Shown: positions 51,226-64,000 of the stretch, in pieces
How positions within the stretch are numbered: position 1 is the first letter of the stretch
Layout: every line of letters begins with the position of its first letter
From: Azolla caroliniana
Lineage: Eukaryota > Plantae > Polypodiophyta
Direction of reading: 5' to 3'
NCBI GenBank assembly: GCA_043228905.1
Contig: JBHGNT010000017.1
Location: 2,480,001-2,544,000, forward strand
Length of the DNA stretch: 64,000 nucleotides
Notes under the pieces: model-generated
Databases searched by the model: none
Seen by the model: only the letters and a program-made list of their open reading frames with translations
What the model was told of the DNA's origin: nothing
Position numbers and translations under genes: made by a program

Positions 51226-52599
51226 GGAGCAGATCTGAGGGCTGTTCTGAGAGATCTGAGAGAGATCAAGTCAGAGGAGAGGAGGGGTGCAGGGGAACCC
51301 TAGTGGGAGAAGAAGAAGCTCTAATGGCACGGTATTCGTGTGTGTCTGTATATGTAATTTGTAAATATACATACATACATACATATATATGTTACATGTA
51401 TATATACATATATGTATAGGTATAGGTATATCATATATGTATATGTATATGTATGTGTGTATGGATTCATGTTTTTTTAATGTAAATTTCTACTCTTCAA
51501 TGTTCATCACGAAGCCGAACGATCGCTCTCTCTCGAAAAATCCATGAAAAGCCGAGAGGAATAATAGGAGATGGGTTATGTTTTAAAGATGGTCTCAACT
51601 TCATATCATGTTTGGTGAGACGACAACATGCAAGAAGAGCATTGGAATTGATGAATCCGGGAAGGAAGATGATCAATGCTAGTGACACTTCAATATGACA
51701 ATGCAAATTTTATGTAATTCAGTTGTGTTGCTGGTTGACCAAAGTTCTCATGGACGAGAGAATGAGAAGTAAATGCAGCCATGGGAATATGGCATCATTT
51801 TCACCTTGCAAAACCATAACTTTTGTGTTTTAGGCACAATTGTTTTTAGTTCGTGGACAAAAAACTTGGAGGCCAACATTGTGGCTTTTCCTTTGAGTTG
51901 TACATACAAATATAGTATGGTTGTAATATTCGTTGTTGGATCTTTGTTGTCCCCATTTTTCGATGCACTTGATGTATAATAACCGAGTTGGTGCCTTTCT
52001 AGTATAGATCTCCTTTAAGTCGATTGGTATAGCTCTAGTCGAGACATCATGTCATGTGGCTTGATGGGTCACGTAGCACAAATTCCAACCAAGGGTGATG
52101 TCTTTTAAGATTTTTTTGGGGGTCATTCTGTGGTTTTACACATTGGAGCTTTATAATCTTGACTTTTCAATGCTTTAATTAATTTTGTTCAACTTCACGT
52201 CTTATCATGTTGAAGTGCCTTGCAACGTCTCTATCATAGCCAATGCCATCAGCTCGCACATCTTTCATTCATGGAAAGTATCAAAATTTTATCCCCTACT
52301 TTGTGTTTGTGTCTTTGTAGACATATGACTATAATACTCCAATGTTTAGCTTTTAGAATGTTCAATGCTAAATTTCATGGAGATATACAATGATTCATTT
52401 CTATGATTTTTTTAGTCATTCATCAATGCATCTGAGTTAAGAGTAGAGTGGCATGTTGTGTATGTTATGCATGAAGTAAGTTTTGTATAGCACAAATCAA
52501 CAACATATGTCTATCTTTTGTAATTCTAGTTTTTACAAAATCATTGTTTTTAACAAGTATATTTGAAGCATGAGCAAATTTCCATTGTCCATATGTTCA

Positions 52600-54020
52600 T
52601 TGGTGGGTGGATTGGGAGGTCTATAACCTTTTTCTTTGGTTGTATTGGTGGTGTATAGTTCAACTACTCGATAAATTAGAACTAGAATTTTATTTCAGCT
52701 TCTGATCAAGGATAGGGGTAACATCTATTTGGGCATAAGATGTATTGCTACAATACATAATATATAGGTGATGGGTTTTTTACACATCACCTAGCAAAAA
52801 TATTGGATAAGATATTGTTAAAACTAGCAAAAATTCACATGGAAGTTGTCTTAGAGGAAAGTGTACTCAAATTAACTTTTGTTGTTGGCACAACGACGTA
52901 TATTTAAGAAAAGTTAATCGGCAAAACACTTTTGCATGTTGTGTTGAGAGAGGTTATCAAGAAGCTTCCCATCCCCATTGGAGGATTCAAAGAAACACTA
53001 CAATATAGAGGGTCATTCCCAATAATTGGGTCCTTGAGAAGACCCCTATCACCGTGATTTAAGAAACACTACACATTACAAGAGTTGTAGATGGTTCAAT
53101 AAGCTTCCATAATAATAGGGCTCTTTGTAAGGAATACTTCTCCTTGGATTTTAGAAAGCACATTGTTGAGAATGCAAGCCAAATTATATTTTACTTGGAA
53201 CTCTATACAGGTAGAATGTTAATAAAAATGAAACATTGAGGCACATATTGAAGTTGGCTTTGTTCTTAGAGATGAACATACTTAAATCATTGGCTTTTGT
53301 CATAGGTTAACCTAAGGTCTCTTTCAATAATTCTAGGGAAAAGTACCAGGATACCCCTGGAAGTTCGTCTATTTACCAGACTACCCCTATGTCCAAAAAA
53401 TTACACTTTATAAAGTAATTATACACTCAAATCTACAAGCCCTATTTACCAAAGATGGAAGAAATGGACCCGAACTAGCCCTATTTCCCAAAGATTTGAG
53501 TGTATAATTACTTTATAAAGTGTAATTTTTTGGACATAAGGGTAATTTGGTATATTTGGAACTTCCAGGGGCATTCTAGTAAATAGACGAACTTCCAAGG
53601 GTATCCTAGTACTTTTCCAATAATTCTATTACAAAGTCAAATGACTGACAATTCCAACATGGCCTATAACTCAAATGGAACAAAATTCCTTTATTTATAT
53701 AATCTTTCTTGCTTTTATTTCTTTGCATCGACGCAATCTTAGGGTTTTGTCTAAGGGGTGTAGTCATACTTTTGTAATGAGGTTTTAAATCATTCATTCC
53801 ACCATAAGTTTGGTTCTCTTATGTAAACTTATCATGCATTTTATAAAGAGTATTTTGACAAAAATAAACATACATGGAATCTTTGGACAACCTTTTGAAA
53901 AACCAAATGACCTACTCCATGTAATTAAGAGGGTTTGGTATAGAGCAAATTACCAAACTAGCAGAATTGGCTTAAGACTAAGATTGCATAAGAGTTTTAG
54001 AGCAAGTTTATTTCCACAGT
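52600..54020 (-). mobile_element. Heavily decayed LINE RT remnant, interrupted by MITE copy 2
   Basis: The minus strand near 53030-53050 reads gataggggtcttctcaaggaccc, a degenerate RGLRQGDP motif. Otherwise poorly resolved. Confidence 0.45.
53336..53619. mobile_element. Mutator-type foldback MITE, copy 2 (opposite orientation to copy 1)
   Basis: GGGAAAAGTACC...AGTACTTTTCCA with the 9-bp TSD ATAATTCTA (53327-53335 and 53620-53628). The central loop is the reverse complement of that in 4737-5049, and the left arm has a ~29-bp deletion. Confidence 0.9.
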
Positions 54021-56192
54021 TTTAGTCTATTGGACATCTTTAAAATTAGATGAGAACTCATCCAATTTGTAGGTAGCTAGTAATAAACAATTTCATATAG
54101 TAGCTTATTCTATACTCAATAATGGTATGCTCTAAAATATTACTCAATAATGGCATTTTCTTTTGTCTCCATGAGATACCCACGCTCAATGAGGTCCTAC
54201 TTCATGTCATTCTTCCACTAATGGATTGGCTGGCCCCTAATCAATGGATATTAATGGATGTTAGTAAAACTTCCTCTCTTTCCTCATCTATCAAATACAC
54301 CTTGCTATTTTTCATTATATGGCATGCATGCAAATATACAAAGAAGAGGGTAATTATTTAATCCCAAGACAGTGGACCACCTTCATGAGAAAGAAGAGTT
54401 CACTTGGGTTGATGCATGACCCTGCCATCTCCTTTGACAATGACCTTACCCAGATACAAGGTAGTATACATCCTCAGTTATTCAAGGATATACAAGGGGA
54501 AGAGAGAGAACCATCAATACAACTGCATCATAATAGTTGGAACGGCTATCGACTAGGGGCCACAGCCTACAAGTCCAATGAACCAGAGATGCCTCTCACA
54601 CCATGCAAATCGGAGGTCTCAGAGGGTTCCGACATCATCCAAAGTGTATCATTATCATTAATAACACATAAGCGAGCAATTAAGTTCAAGTTGTGTTTCT
54701 AGGATTGCAATGGATCGTAACGAATTCTGAAGTACATGATATTCACTATCTTCAATGCACCAACTTAGATGTCTGATATCTCATCTTATAAATGGCACCA
54801 CTAGTGAGATACCAGTAGTGAGATTCTGTTATTGTGTTGAGCTAAACCATAGAATCCTTGCAACTCAATGTTAGTGAAGACTCCCTTCCAAAGTACAGTA
54901 TACATCGGACATCCAAGAGTCTTAGGGTCATTATAATGTCTCCTTTTACATGGGCAAGAGCAGATAATCTACTAGACATGGAGAGACTATCAACTCTGTG
55001 GTATGGCCATGAGTCTCAGCAGGATAAACGAAATACTAAGATATAATATGATGCAGATACATACTTAAGCCTAGGAGGTGGTAGATGTGTATATGCATGC
55101 CTAATTCCACGAAGAGCAACAAAATTGGTCAGATAGCTCATCTTTAGATAAAACTGCAACATATACATTGAATATCATATGAAATAAGAAAAAATTCTGA
55201 ATATTAACACATAATTTACTGGTGATGGTCAGCAGTCTTTTCCATTTCGAAACGCTTGTATACTGCATTTCCATTGTTTTTCTCTATTCCTTTATTGGTT
55301 CTTACCTGAGAAAAATGCAAAAAAACTAAATTCCATATAATCTAAAATGAGAACCGAAACATATACGTCAGATAGGCATCTCTTATGTAGTTGTCACTCC
55401 AAACACTACAACATTTCATGTACAGCATCAAGATAGAAAATGACAATGATTCATTGGTGGTCCAAATCCATTGGCAATCCCACATCTGAGAAGACAATGC
55501 ATAGAGAAACGTTTGTCAGAACATATATCACTCTTCTGAGTTCTTAAACTATGCTTTTTCATTAAAAATTTGAACCATATTTGATTCTCAACAAAAAAAT
55601 TGTGAGCTACAGGTCAAAACTGTGTACTGTATTCCTTTCGTTCTATAATCACCTCCAAGTCTTGTTAGTGTAACTACAAAATCTACAGCATTTCATAATA
55701 ATAAGGTAATGTATAGCTCCCTATGCTACCACATGAAGGATAGAAAGGATAAAAATTCCTGGGTGCTCCAACCCAGTAGGAAGTTCCACATCACATAACA
55801 CATTCAAGAATGTTTTTTTTGTCAATCAAGAATATGATCTCTTAAATTTTGTGATTTGAAATTCATTTGTTTTCGACCAGTTCTTAATCATTTGCATCTT
55901 CATTAAATGGTCTGTACCATTTCACGTTCTGAACAAAAAACATCATCTGCTTCAGGCTTAAATCTACAAAATATATGTCCAAACAGGAAACATTATAAGC
56001 AGCTCCAAGGTATGTTCCTCGTCACAAAGTACATAATCGCATCTAACTTCCCTCTTTATTTCATCTTACCAATTGCATGAGAAGCATACAACACACTTAA
56101 CAAACATGTCAGGGTCTGAAAACTGTCTGCGAATCCCAATGAAATTAAGAGGCTTGCATGCTCACTGCTGCTGCCCGATGCCTTTTTCTCAT

Positions 56193-59100
56193 CTAAGCCT
56201 TCTGGTATTTATCAATATATCCCTGGGAACAAGAGATATAATCTCATAAGATGCTCTAGTAGATAAGCATGATCTGTCAAACGAGTTTTCAAAGTAATAA
56301 TTCAAGATTCAGGTTTACACTATCATATTCTACATTTTGCATATAGACTTGATGATATCAAAGGCAATTGGAACAGGTCAAAGCCCAGACTTAGAAGTCA
56401 CAACCATTAGATTTCTTAAGCACTTTAGACTTCTAGAAAGAAACATTACTGTCTGAAATACCCAAGCTGTGGATGTGGTTAATTTCCTTGCATGCTCTTA
56501 TGCATATCATTCTACATCACAATTCCTTAGCATCACTCTATTCTACTTAGTAAAAAATGAAGTGAGATTTCTTTTAATATATGTTTCATATTTCCTTACC
56601 CAATGGATGGGTGCAGCTATAATCTGTTAAAATATCATGCTTGCAAAATTTAGAGTAGGCTAAATCATTTCTGACTTGCATTGCTTCTTATTCCAATGCT
56701 TCTTTTCCTCCTACTGGCCTGCCCATGGACTTTATTCAACTACATCATATCATCCCTTTTACAGCCATTACCCATGCATAGGAAATTGAAGAATCAATAT
56801 CACTTTGTACCTAATCTCTGTTATCAATAGCTTCTTATGTTTGTATCAAGCATTCCACGAAAACTATCCTTTAATGTGACCTAATGAGCTGGATTCTAAA
56901 TCAATATCCAACAAGTATCATACAAGCCATGGTCTATGATATGCATACACTCAGACGCCCGTGATAGAGATAGCACACGAACATGAGAACAGAAGTAAAA
57001 TAGTGGGATATGCTGAATGGCTGAGGGCAGCATGAAGAAGTATTGTCTAGAATGTGAACTGCCTCAAAATGGATGATCAGTTGAAGCATGCTTGATTATA
57101 ACACACTTACCATTAAACTTGAAATGAAAAGATATTTCAGCCAAAAGTTTATTCCAAATAAAAATCACAAACCTGCACCAATTTCGAGATCTTAGATCGA
57201 GATGACATCATAAACTGATCAACTTTTTCCTGAGACTTAGGGATATGGTGACTCGGCAAAGCTATGGTAACTTTATCAACTGTTTTCTTGACAATGTTTT
57301 TGAATGCATCTTTACTCATGCGCCCTTCTCTCCATGTTGGCTTGAGCACTTCTTTCACATAACTGGCTACAGCAGCCCTGAGCAACTTTAAGCCACGGCT
57401 ATTGCTCATTTTAGTTTTAGAGTGCCCTAGTGTATGCCCATCCTCAGCTCCTTCAGCTGTTTCTCCTGGACTCCAAATCCGATTATTATCATCTGGAGGA
57501 CTAACATTCTCAACTATGCCAACAACTGGATCACCATCTGCCTCCACTGCATTTGCAGCATCTGTATTTTCAGGTCCTGAACTTGAATTCTCCAACCCAC
57601 CAACGGTTTTTCCATCATTGATCATCTTACGAAAGGAATATGACATTGAGTTCAAACCATCAGTTACACTAGGCTTGATGCTGTCTGAAAGAGGATCATA
57701 TTGATCACCGGAAGGAGATGATTCTGTTTTTGCTCCAGGAAGCTTAATTAAGCTTGATAGAGGTGGAATAGTGGTGAGAGTATAGGAATAAGGTGATGAG
57801 ACTCCAGCAGCTGCTAATTCAGAAAACACTCCCGAAGACCAAGGTAATGACCAAGATGTAGTGCCTTTGGAGTTTTTGTAGCAAGAGTTAGCATATCCAT
57901 CATCTGGAGTATGGTTTAATCCATTTGAGAAAGTAAAGCCCCTCGAGATATTGCTCAGACATGAGGACACATAGGAACTTTGAGATGAGTGTGCTGTCAT
58001 TGGAAAGGCAGGACTGAAGTCATGTTGGACAGAAGATGAGATCAAGACTGCCTGATTCCCAGACATCTGACAGAGATCATTCTTCAGAATATTGGGAAAT
58101 CCATGTATTAATAACCCTGCTTGAGAAGTTGATACAATTGAAGCTGGGCTTTCTTGGCCATGAAAATTGTAGGGCTTCAAAATATCTCCGGTTGTTAGGC
58201 CATGTGGTTGATCTTGAATCTGATTGACTAAAGGTTTGGAAATTTTCAGATTCTGACCATCATCATCCTGGCCTGTATTTGCATGATGATTGTGCAAAGG
58301 TTCCAGTGGAGTTGCATGACTGAATGGAGATAAATTACTAGAAGATTCAGGTGGTTGAAAAGAACTGGACTGATGGCAACTATAAGACCCACTGCCACTA
58401 GGAGTATGCTGGCAGGAAACTATTTGACCCATCGTGGACTCTATTCGATATTGCTTTTGTGCATTGATCTGCATTGACAATGATAATTGGGACATCTGAG
58501 TACCAGAACTTCTGGGATGAAATGGTGAGGCAGATGTACCATCATCAACCAAAGCCGCTCCTACGGAGCTTGGTTGTATAGAGATATCTACCACTGTTGG
58601 AGATTTTGCCATGGTAGATTTATCCTCCAGTGGTAGAACAGTTAAATTACATCCAAGCCTCGTCACTTTAGAATCTGCTTCAGACTTCTCGATGTGAGTA
58701 TCAATTTTCATTCGTTGTTCTACAGTTGTTTCTGCTTTGACTTCTATGTTATTTAAGACATCATGTACAACCTTCCCTTCAGAATTATGGCAAACGGTTG
58801 GCATGTCTGGAAGCTCATATGTTTCCAGCTCTTCAATCGGAGTTGTCTCCCTCACTTCAGTGCAGGTATCTGGTCGTCCTGTTGACAATTCATGTGTTGT
58901 ATCTGATCCACTGAATTGATTGTCTGGGCTGTCTTGATGATAAAACCTGCATGAGTTACCACGAAAACATCTTCCTCTTGCATAATTTATGCATATGATG
59001 GGCCCATTTCTCTTGACTCCTTTTTTTAGTCCATCTTGAAGATCTCTTGGTGACATCAGGCTATTGGTCCTGCACATGTACAGAACAACAAATCAAGAAC

Positions 59101-60783
59101 TAATGTGGGTCTTAATAGAAGGAAGTTAAAAACCCATCATATTAAAACAGTTAGATTACAATGTGCCTGCTGACCTGTGCATTCCATTAATCGATGCTGC
59201 TTCAGAAGAAAGGCTAACATCCAATTTTACAGAAACTGAATCTTCCATTGGTTGGCTTCTGCTCCTGCTTCTGTTCGTCCATTTGCTTCCAGTTCTGCTA
59301 CTACTTCTACTTCTGCTACTACTTTTAGTTCTGCTATTATACTCTCTCCTGGTCCTACTCCTTCCTCGCTTCCTACTCTGTTCAGAAGAATTCTTCTTCA
59401 GCAATCCCATCTCTTCAAAGTCTCTCTGTGGTTCACCTGCTCTCGGACCATCCAATCGTTTCAAACCCCTTGACAGCACACATTCAACACCATGCTCTGC
59501 TTCTAAATTGACATTTCCATCTTTTCCAATCATCTTAGCTCCATTAGCATCTTTTTCCAGTTTCTCCTGATTCAATCTTCCGCCTACATCCAGGTCTAGA
59601 TTTTGTGATAGTTCTGAATCATCAGAAGCATCAGTTGTGTCACAAAGATAATTGTCTATGAGGCGACCTGTAATATTTCCAGCCAGATGACACTGTGCTT
59701 GCTTATCCCCAGCTAAAACAAGTGTGTTTCCTTGAAACTCTTTTTTATGCCTCTCTTCTTCACCTTGGGAAAAGTCAGAGAAGCTAGCTATCTTTTCTTC
59801 AGAAGGAAACCTCATCCTGGGCAGTTCATCTTCAGAAATATTCTCTGATGCCGATTCCAAAGTGGCTTCCATAAGATGTTCACTTGATTCCTTCTTCGGA
59901 GATGGCGACATAAGATCATCTGTTACATTTAAGCACAACCAAAATATTCTCATTACATCTCACATATATACTTGTACAATAATTACTCAAGTACTAAAAA
60001 GGATAATTCTCTATAGCTATCATTGGTATAAAACGCACCATCCATATCCATATCAGATATCACTGGAGATCCTGGGGGTTCTTCATCCTTTCCAATTATT
60101 TGCCTTTCCTTTTCAGTCCACCTGGTATTGAGTTCATGATTGGCGTGTTTATTTATCCTTTTATCAGCTTCTGTCTGTAACTGCAATTGAAGCCTTTGTT
60201 TTTTCCACTTGTAGAATGCCCGATTAATAACAGCTTCAGGATCCGAATCATTCTCGAACAAGAATGCAAATTTTGGATCTCCCGCATGCTTTGCACGGAT
60301 GATGCTCTCATATCGGGGACCATTCCGCACTACAAACTCTGCCATACCTTCAATATTCTTTAGAATCTCCGGATCACTAGGCAATCGCGGAGAGATTAAA
60401 GTGGAAGCAGCATCCAATTCTGGATTGAGTATGTCAACATTGGGTTTCCTATCACAGAGGGGGGGAGGAGGGGGGGCAGTGGAGGGAGGCAGTGGCAGAG
60501 TATCGACTACAGGACTATACGAAACAGACGGTACAAAAGCTTGTTGGGGGGTCATGAATTGAAAAGGATAAGGACGTGGCACTGGAGTTGGTGGGGGAGG
60601 TGGATAGGCAGAAATTCCTCCATGTAAAGGATGTGTCACATATGGTCTCCCTGGCATAGGAGGGGGATCAAAAGGTCTAGGTATGTTCATGGATGTGTTC
60701 CATGGTATATTAATTGGTGGAGGTCCAAATGGCATCATTCCATTTGGCCTGATATGAGGATAATCTCTCCCAGAAGGAAACAT
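56193..60783 (-). CDS. SURP/SWAP + RS-rich + CCCH zinc-finger protein with a conserved C-terminal helical domain (FES1/C3H55-like C-terminus), 4 coding exons, ~1138 aa
   Basis: Exons 60783-60039, 59919-59175, 59069-57173 and 56222-56193 (3417 nt, consistent phases). Features in order: Pro-rich N-terminus, SURP-like IEGMAEFVVRNGPRYE...PKFAFLF...FYKWK, RSRSRS tract, CINYARGRCFRGNSCRFYH (C-x7-C-x5-C-x3-H), QYDPLSDSI, and VKEVLKPTWREGRMSKDAFKNIVKKTVDKV...KLVQGYIDKY. The start codon is inferred. Confidence 0.88.
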
Positions 60784-60816
60784 TTCTCCCTTGAGAGCCC
60801 TTAGATATGAAGCATT

Positions 60817-60930
60817 GACTGATCTCACATATGGAAGTATGGGCTATTTATAAAACATTAAAAGTTTACTGATCTCTCATATGGAAGTATTGGCTATTTA
60901 TAAAAACTTAAAAGTTTACTGATCTCACAT
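60817..60930. repeat. ~51-bp tandem repeat (about 2.2 copies) just upstream of the CCCH gene ATG
   Basis: actgatctc(a/t)cata recurs at ~60818, 60868 and 60918. Confidence 0.8.
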
Positions 60931-61517
60931 AAGGATGATACATATTTTCGGTATATCAAACCCTAACATCCTTCAACAATCTCACATGTGAACGCACGTA
61001 TGCAATCTCTCAGAGATACATCAACACCTAGAATCCTTTATAGTTTGGCTATCCAGCAAAGTCTGAGGTTTTAACCTGTAAATAAAAGGTATATAAATGA
61101 CATATAAAACCTACAATTGGAAGTTATAAGCAATATGTCAAACCCTAAAATCCTTCGCTGGTCTCATATTATATAGAATAAATTAAGTATACATTAAACC
61201 CTGAAATGCTTCACTAGTTTAGCATTCCAGCTGAGACTTGAGGATAAAACTTGTAAAGTAAATGGGTCTGTGTCGTTTAAACAATGTCTACCTGATCTTC
61301 TGTGGTGTGATACAAAGCAAAAAATAAATACAACTCAGGCAGGGGTTCTTAGACAAAACAGAAGAAATTGATAATGTGTTTTCTTTCACTTTCTGTCAAA
61401 AAATCAGAATCAAAATTTTAAAGCAGAGAAAAACAGGGGGGAGAGAGGGGGGGGTAAGAACCTTAGGAGCCACGGAGAGGAGGCAGACACTTGTATGGAT
61501 GATGATGCTGATGATGA

Positions 61518-61549
61518 AAGAAGAAGAAGAAGAAGAAGAAGAAGAAGAA
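61518..61549. repeat. (GAA)n microsatellite in the probable 5' region of the CCCH gene
   Basis: About ten GAA units inside a purine-rich tract. Confidence 0.9.
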
Positions 61550-61831
61550 ATGAATGAAAGGAGAGAGGAAAAAACGAAAGAACAGAGAAAGACCTGGCAG
61601 AGAGAAGCATGAGCTGATTTGGGGTTGCAGAGCTTGCTTCACTCAAGTTCCCATGGAGGGAGAGAGAAAGAGAGTGTTCTCATGTTCTGCTTTTGCAACA
61701 CATCAACAAATAGGCCTCTCTCGTTTGTTTCTTCTCTTGGCCAAAATGACTGAATTGATTGATTGAACCATGAACGAATGAATGAATGAATGAAGACTCT
61801 AGGGAATCCTTTCATTGGAATGAGTCGAATC

Positions 61832-62283
61832 GGTTTGGTTCGGTCGGCTCAGTTGGTTCGGTCAGGTCAGCCGGGTCGGGTCGGGTCGGGTCGGTTGGTT
61901 CGGACGGGCCGGTCGGACCGCCAGACCAAGGCTCAAATCTCTTCCGGCCTCTCTCCAGGCTTCGCACACCATGACCACGCTCTTTCATATCATGCCAGTG
62001 CAGCCCTCTCTCGTTACAACCCCATATACTCCATATAACTTGAATACGAAAAGGTTCGGTTGGTTCGGTCGGGTCAATTGATTCAATCGGCTCGGTTGGG
62101 TCAGCCGGTTCGGGCTGGCTCGGTTGATTCGGACGGGCCGGTTGGACCGCCAGCCCAAGGAACAAGTCTCTTCCAGCCTCTCTCCAGGCTACGCACACCA
62201 TGACCATGCTCTTTCATATCATGCCAGTGCAACCCTCTCTCGTCACAACCCCATATACTCCGGATAACTTGAATACGAAAAGG
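61832..62283. repeat. ~230-bp tandem duplication rich in GGTTC/GGTCG pentamers
   Basis: Both copies run ggttcggtcgg...ggaccgccag...caaccccatatactcc...tgaatacgaaaagg, ending at 62054 and 62283. Confidence 0.85.
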
Positions 62284-64000
62284 TAACAAACAGTAATATT
62301 ATGCACCTCTTCGGAGCATAGTTCCATCCATGCCCCCATATTCATTACAAGTATATGTATGTATGTGATCCATCTGTGTCCTCATATCCATTACAAGAAT
62401 ATGTATGTGATTGTACAACGTGCAAACAAAAATATACCTCTCGTTGTGATATATCATGTTTGAAATATATAGTTATGTCGCTTTTGGGAAGTTCGATAAA
62501 AATAGATAAAAAAAAGAAACTTCTCTTAGCATCCTTAAAAGTCTATTTAAATAAGAAGTTGTATCGCAATCCATTTTTTGTGATTGCTTCCATGCACATG
62601 CAACCACTATTTGATTTGATGGAAATACGAAAACACTAAGATATATCAAGCAATTGTATATATCGATAAGATACGTGCAATAGCCACGTGGATTTTTAAA
62701 ACATGGTACCTCTTTGATAATCTATTAGGAGTTTTCTTATAGCTAAAGGTTGTGACTACTTCTACGAAGAGGTATAGCATTATACATGGACCATGGTAAT
62801 GATGAAAATTTTATGTGTTCTCATCACATAGAGTCTTCTTGCAACACTTCGTGCGTTTATACAATGATTTTCCCTTTGAATTGAAACTCTTGTCTCATAT
62901 GCACGTGAAATAAGCTAGTACCATAATTTATTTATTTTTTTCCAAAACAATATTCTTCATTAGTATAAACTAGTACAATAAATTAATGGCCACATACTCA
63001 ATAGATAAAAAATCTCATGACATTAATACTCATATTTAGAGGATCCTTCTTATTTTGGCCTCTCTATAAGTATTGTTGATTGTCTCATCAAATTCCCTTT
63101 GTCACTTTTTCTCCGAATATCGTATTTGTTAGCCTTTGTTGTTGATTTGGCAACTTCCCATTATTTCTTGAATTGGTTAGACAATTTGAAACATCTTTAT
63201 GCTTTTATATTTTCTTCTCACTGTTATCTTAATATTCATGACATTTCAATTGGTCAGACATTTTAAAGTTGACTTTGATGCACATTCATAACCATTACGT
63301 AAAACACTATATTTATATCATCCTCCTTATTTCTTTATAATCATTATCGATGATTATATCATTTTATTCGGCAAAATATTAGCATTAATTCATATTATAT
63401 TAATATTACGTGCTACCCCTCCTTAATTTTCTTGACTTTCTCGAAGTAATATAACAATTCCTGGTACTTTGCCGATTATTTTCTTCAATCAAAGTAAAAG
63501 TTCGATCATTCATTTTGATTGCTACATACATTTCACAGAGTCATTGGGTAAGACAACTAGATGACACAATTTACATATAAATCACAAACTTGATACTTCT
63601 ATTTGCATAATTTGATACTTGTCATTTGTGCATCGCATATAAGCCAAAATGAATCGACAAATCAAGATGAGTGCTACTTGTTGCTATCTTCCTGACAAGG
63701 ATAAGGTTTTTGGTACTTGATTTTTATGTTTTGTACTATTCACAATTGAGTTTTACACTCTCTAATGTCACTAAAGAGTGATTCCAAGTGGTATCCAACC
63801 AAAGGAAGAGAAGAAACTAACGTTTCACTCATCGAAGAGTTCAGACAACCACATGGGTAGATGGAAAAACTATCTATCCAAGTGATAATTGTGCTTCAAC
63901 TATATAAACCACTATCTTGCTTGTCCACATCGATGTTGTATGTCAACAACCTCGATCAAGTTAAACAGGTTTATGTCCAACTTCTCATTTGACCTAATGC

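Noticed and set aside
54319-54702. 127-aa plus-strand ORF
   Set aside because: No recognisable motif. It lies in the 3' flank of the minus-strand CCCH gene.
55296-55320. Minus-strand ttttttctcAG|GTAAG resembling a recursive splice site
   Set aside because: More simply an acceptor of a 3' UTR intron (possible donor GTGAGC at 56165) followed by chance GTAAG. There is no transcript evidence.
59163-59570. Leu-rich membrane-protein-like ORF on the plus strand
   Set aside because: It is the antisense reading of the Arg/Ser (AGA/AGT/AGC) tract of the CCCH gene.
59175-60783. First two coding exon segments of the CCCH gene are both 745 nt
   Set aside because: There is no sequence similarity between them and the first length depends on the chosen ATG, so this is coincidence.
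62350-64000. AT-rich tail of the window, possibly TE-derived
   Set aside because: I could not identify any motif, terminus or TSD with confidence.

Overview
Eukaryotic land-plant nuclear DNA. The gene families and the PPR E-motif style suggest a fern, but that is inference. Six protein genes can be built by hand. (1) An intronless LRR receptor-like protein (8625-11363, +) with six near-identical 72-nt LRR cassettes. (2) A FAM32A/DUF1754-like gene (13496-13897, -), plus a dead duplicate at 1637-2038. (3) An 11-exon ARG1/ATJ15-like J-domain gene (18358-27976, -) with a GC-AG intron. (4) A 1057-aa PLS-class PPR gene ending in E1/partial E2 with no DYW domain (41624-44797, +). (5) A 3-exon PLAC8/CNR-like gene (47943-51225, -). 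(6) A 4-exon SURP + RS + CCCH zinc-finger gene (56193-60783, -). The intergenic DNA and large introns hold decayed Copia, Gypsy and LINE remnants, several solo LTRs, two copies of a Mutator-type foldback MITE, a tailless tRNA-like retro-insert and many local tandem duplications. I found no convincing wholly new system. The best leads are the hypervariable LRR cassette array, a solo-LTR family with 4-bp ACGT target duplications, a DYW-less PPR resembling the U-to-C editing lineage, and an ~830-bp inverted repeat made from copies of the J-gene first intron. Exon models, family names and TE boundaries were derived by eye without database searches. Ends of decayed TEs are approximate.
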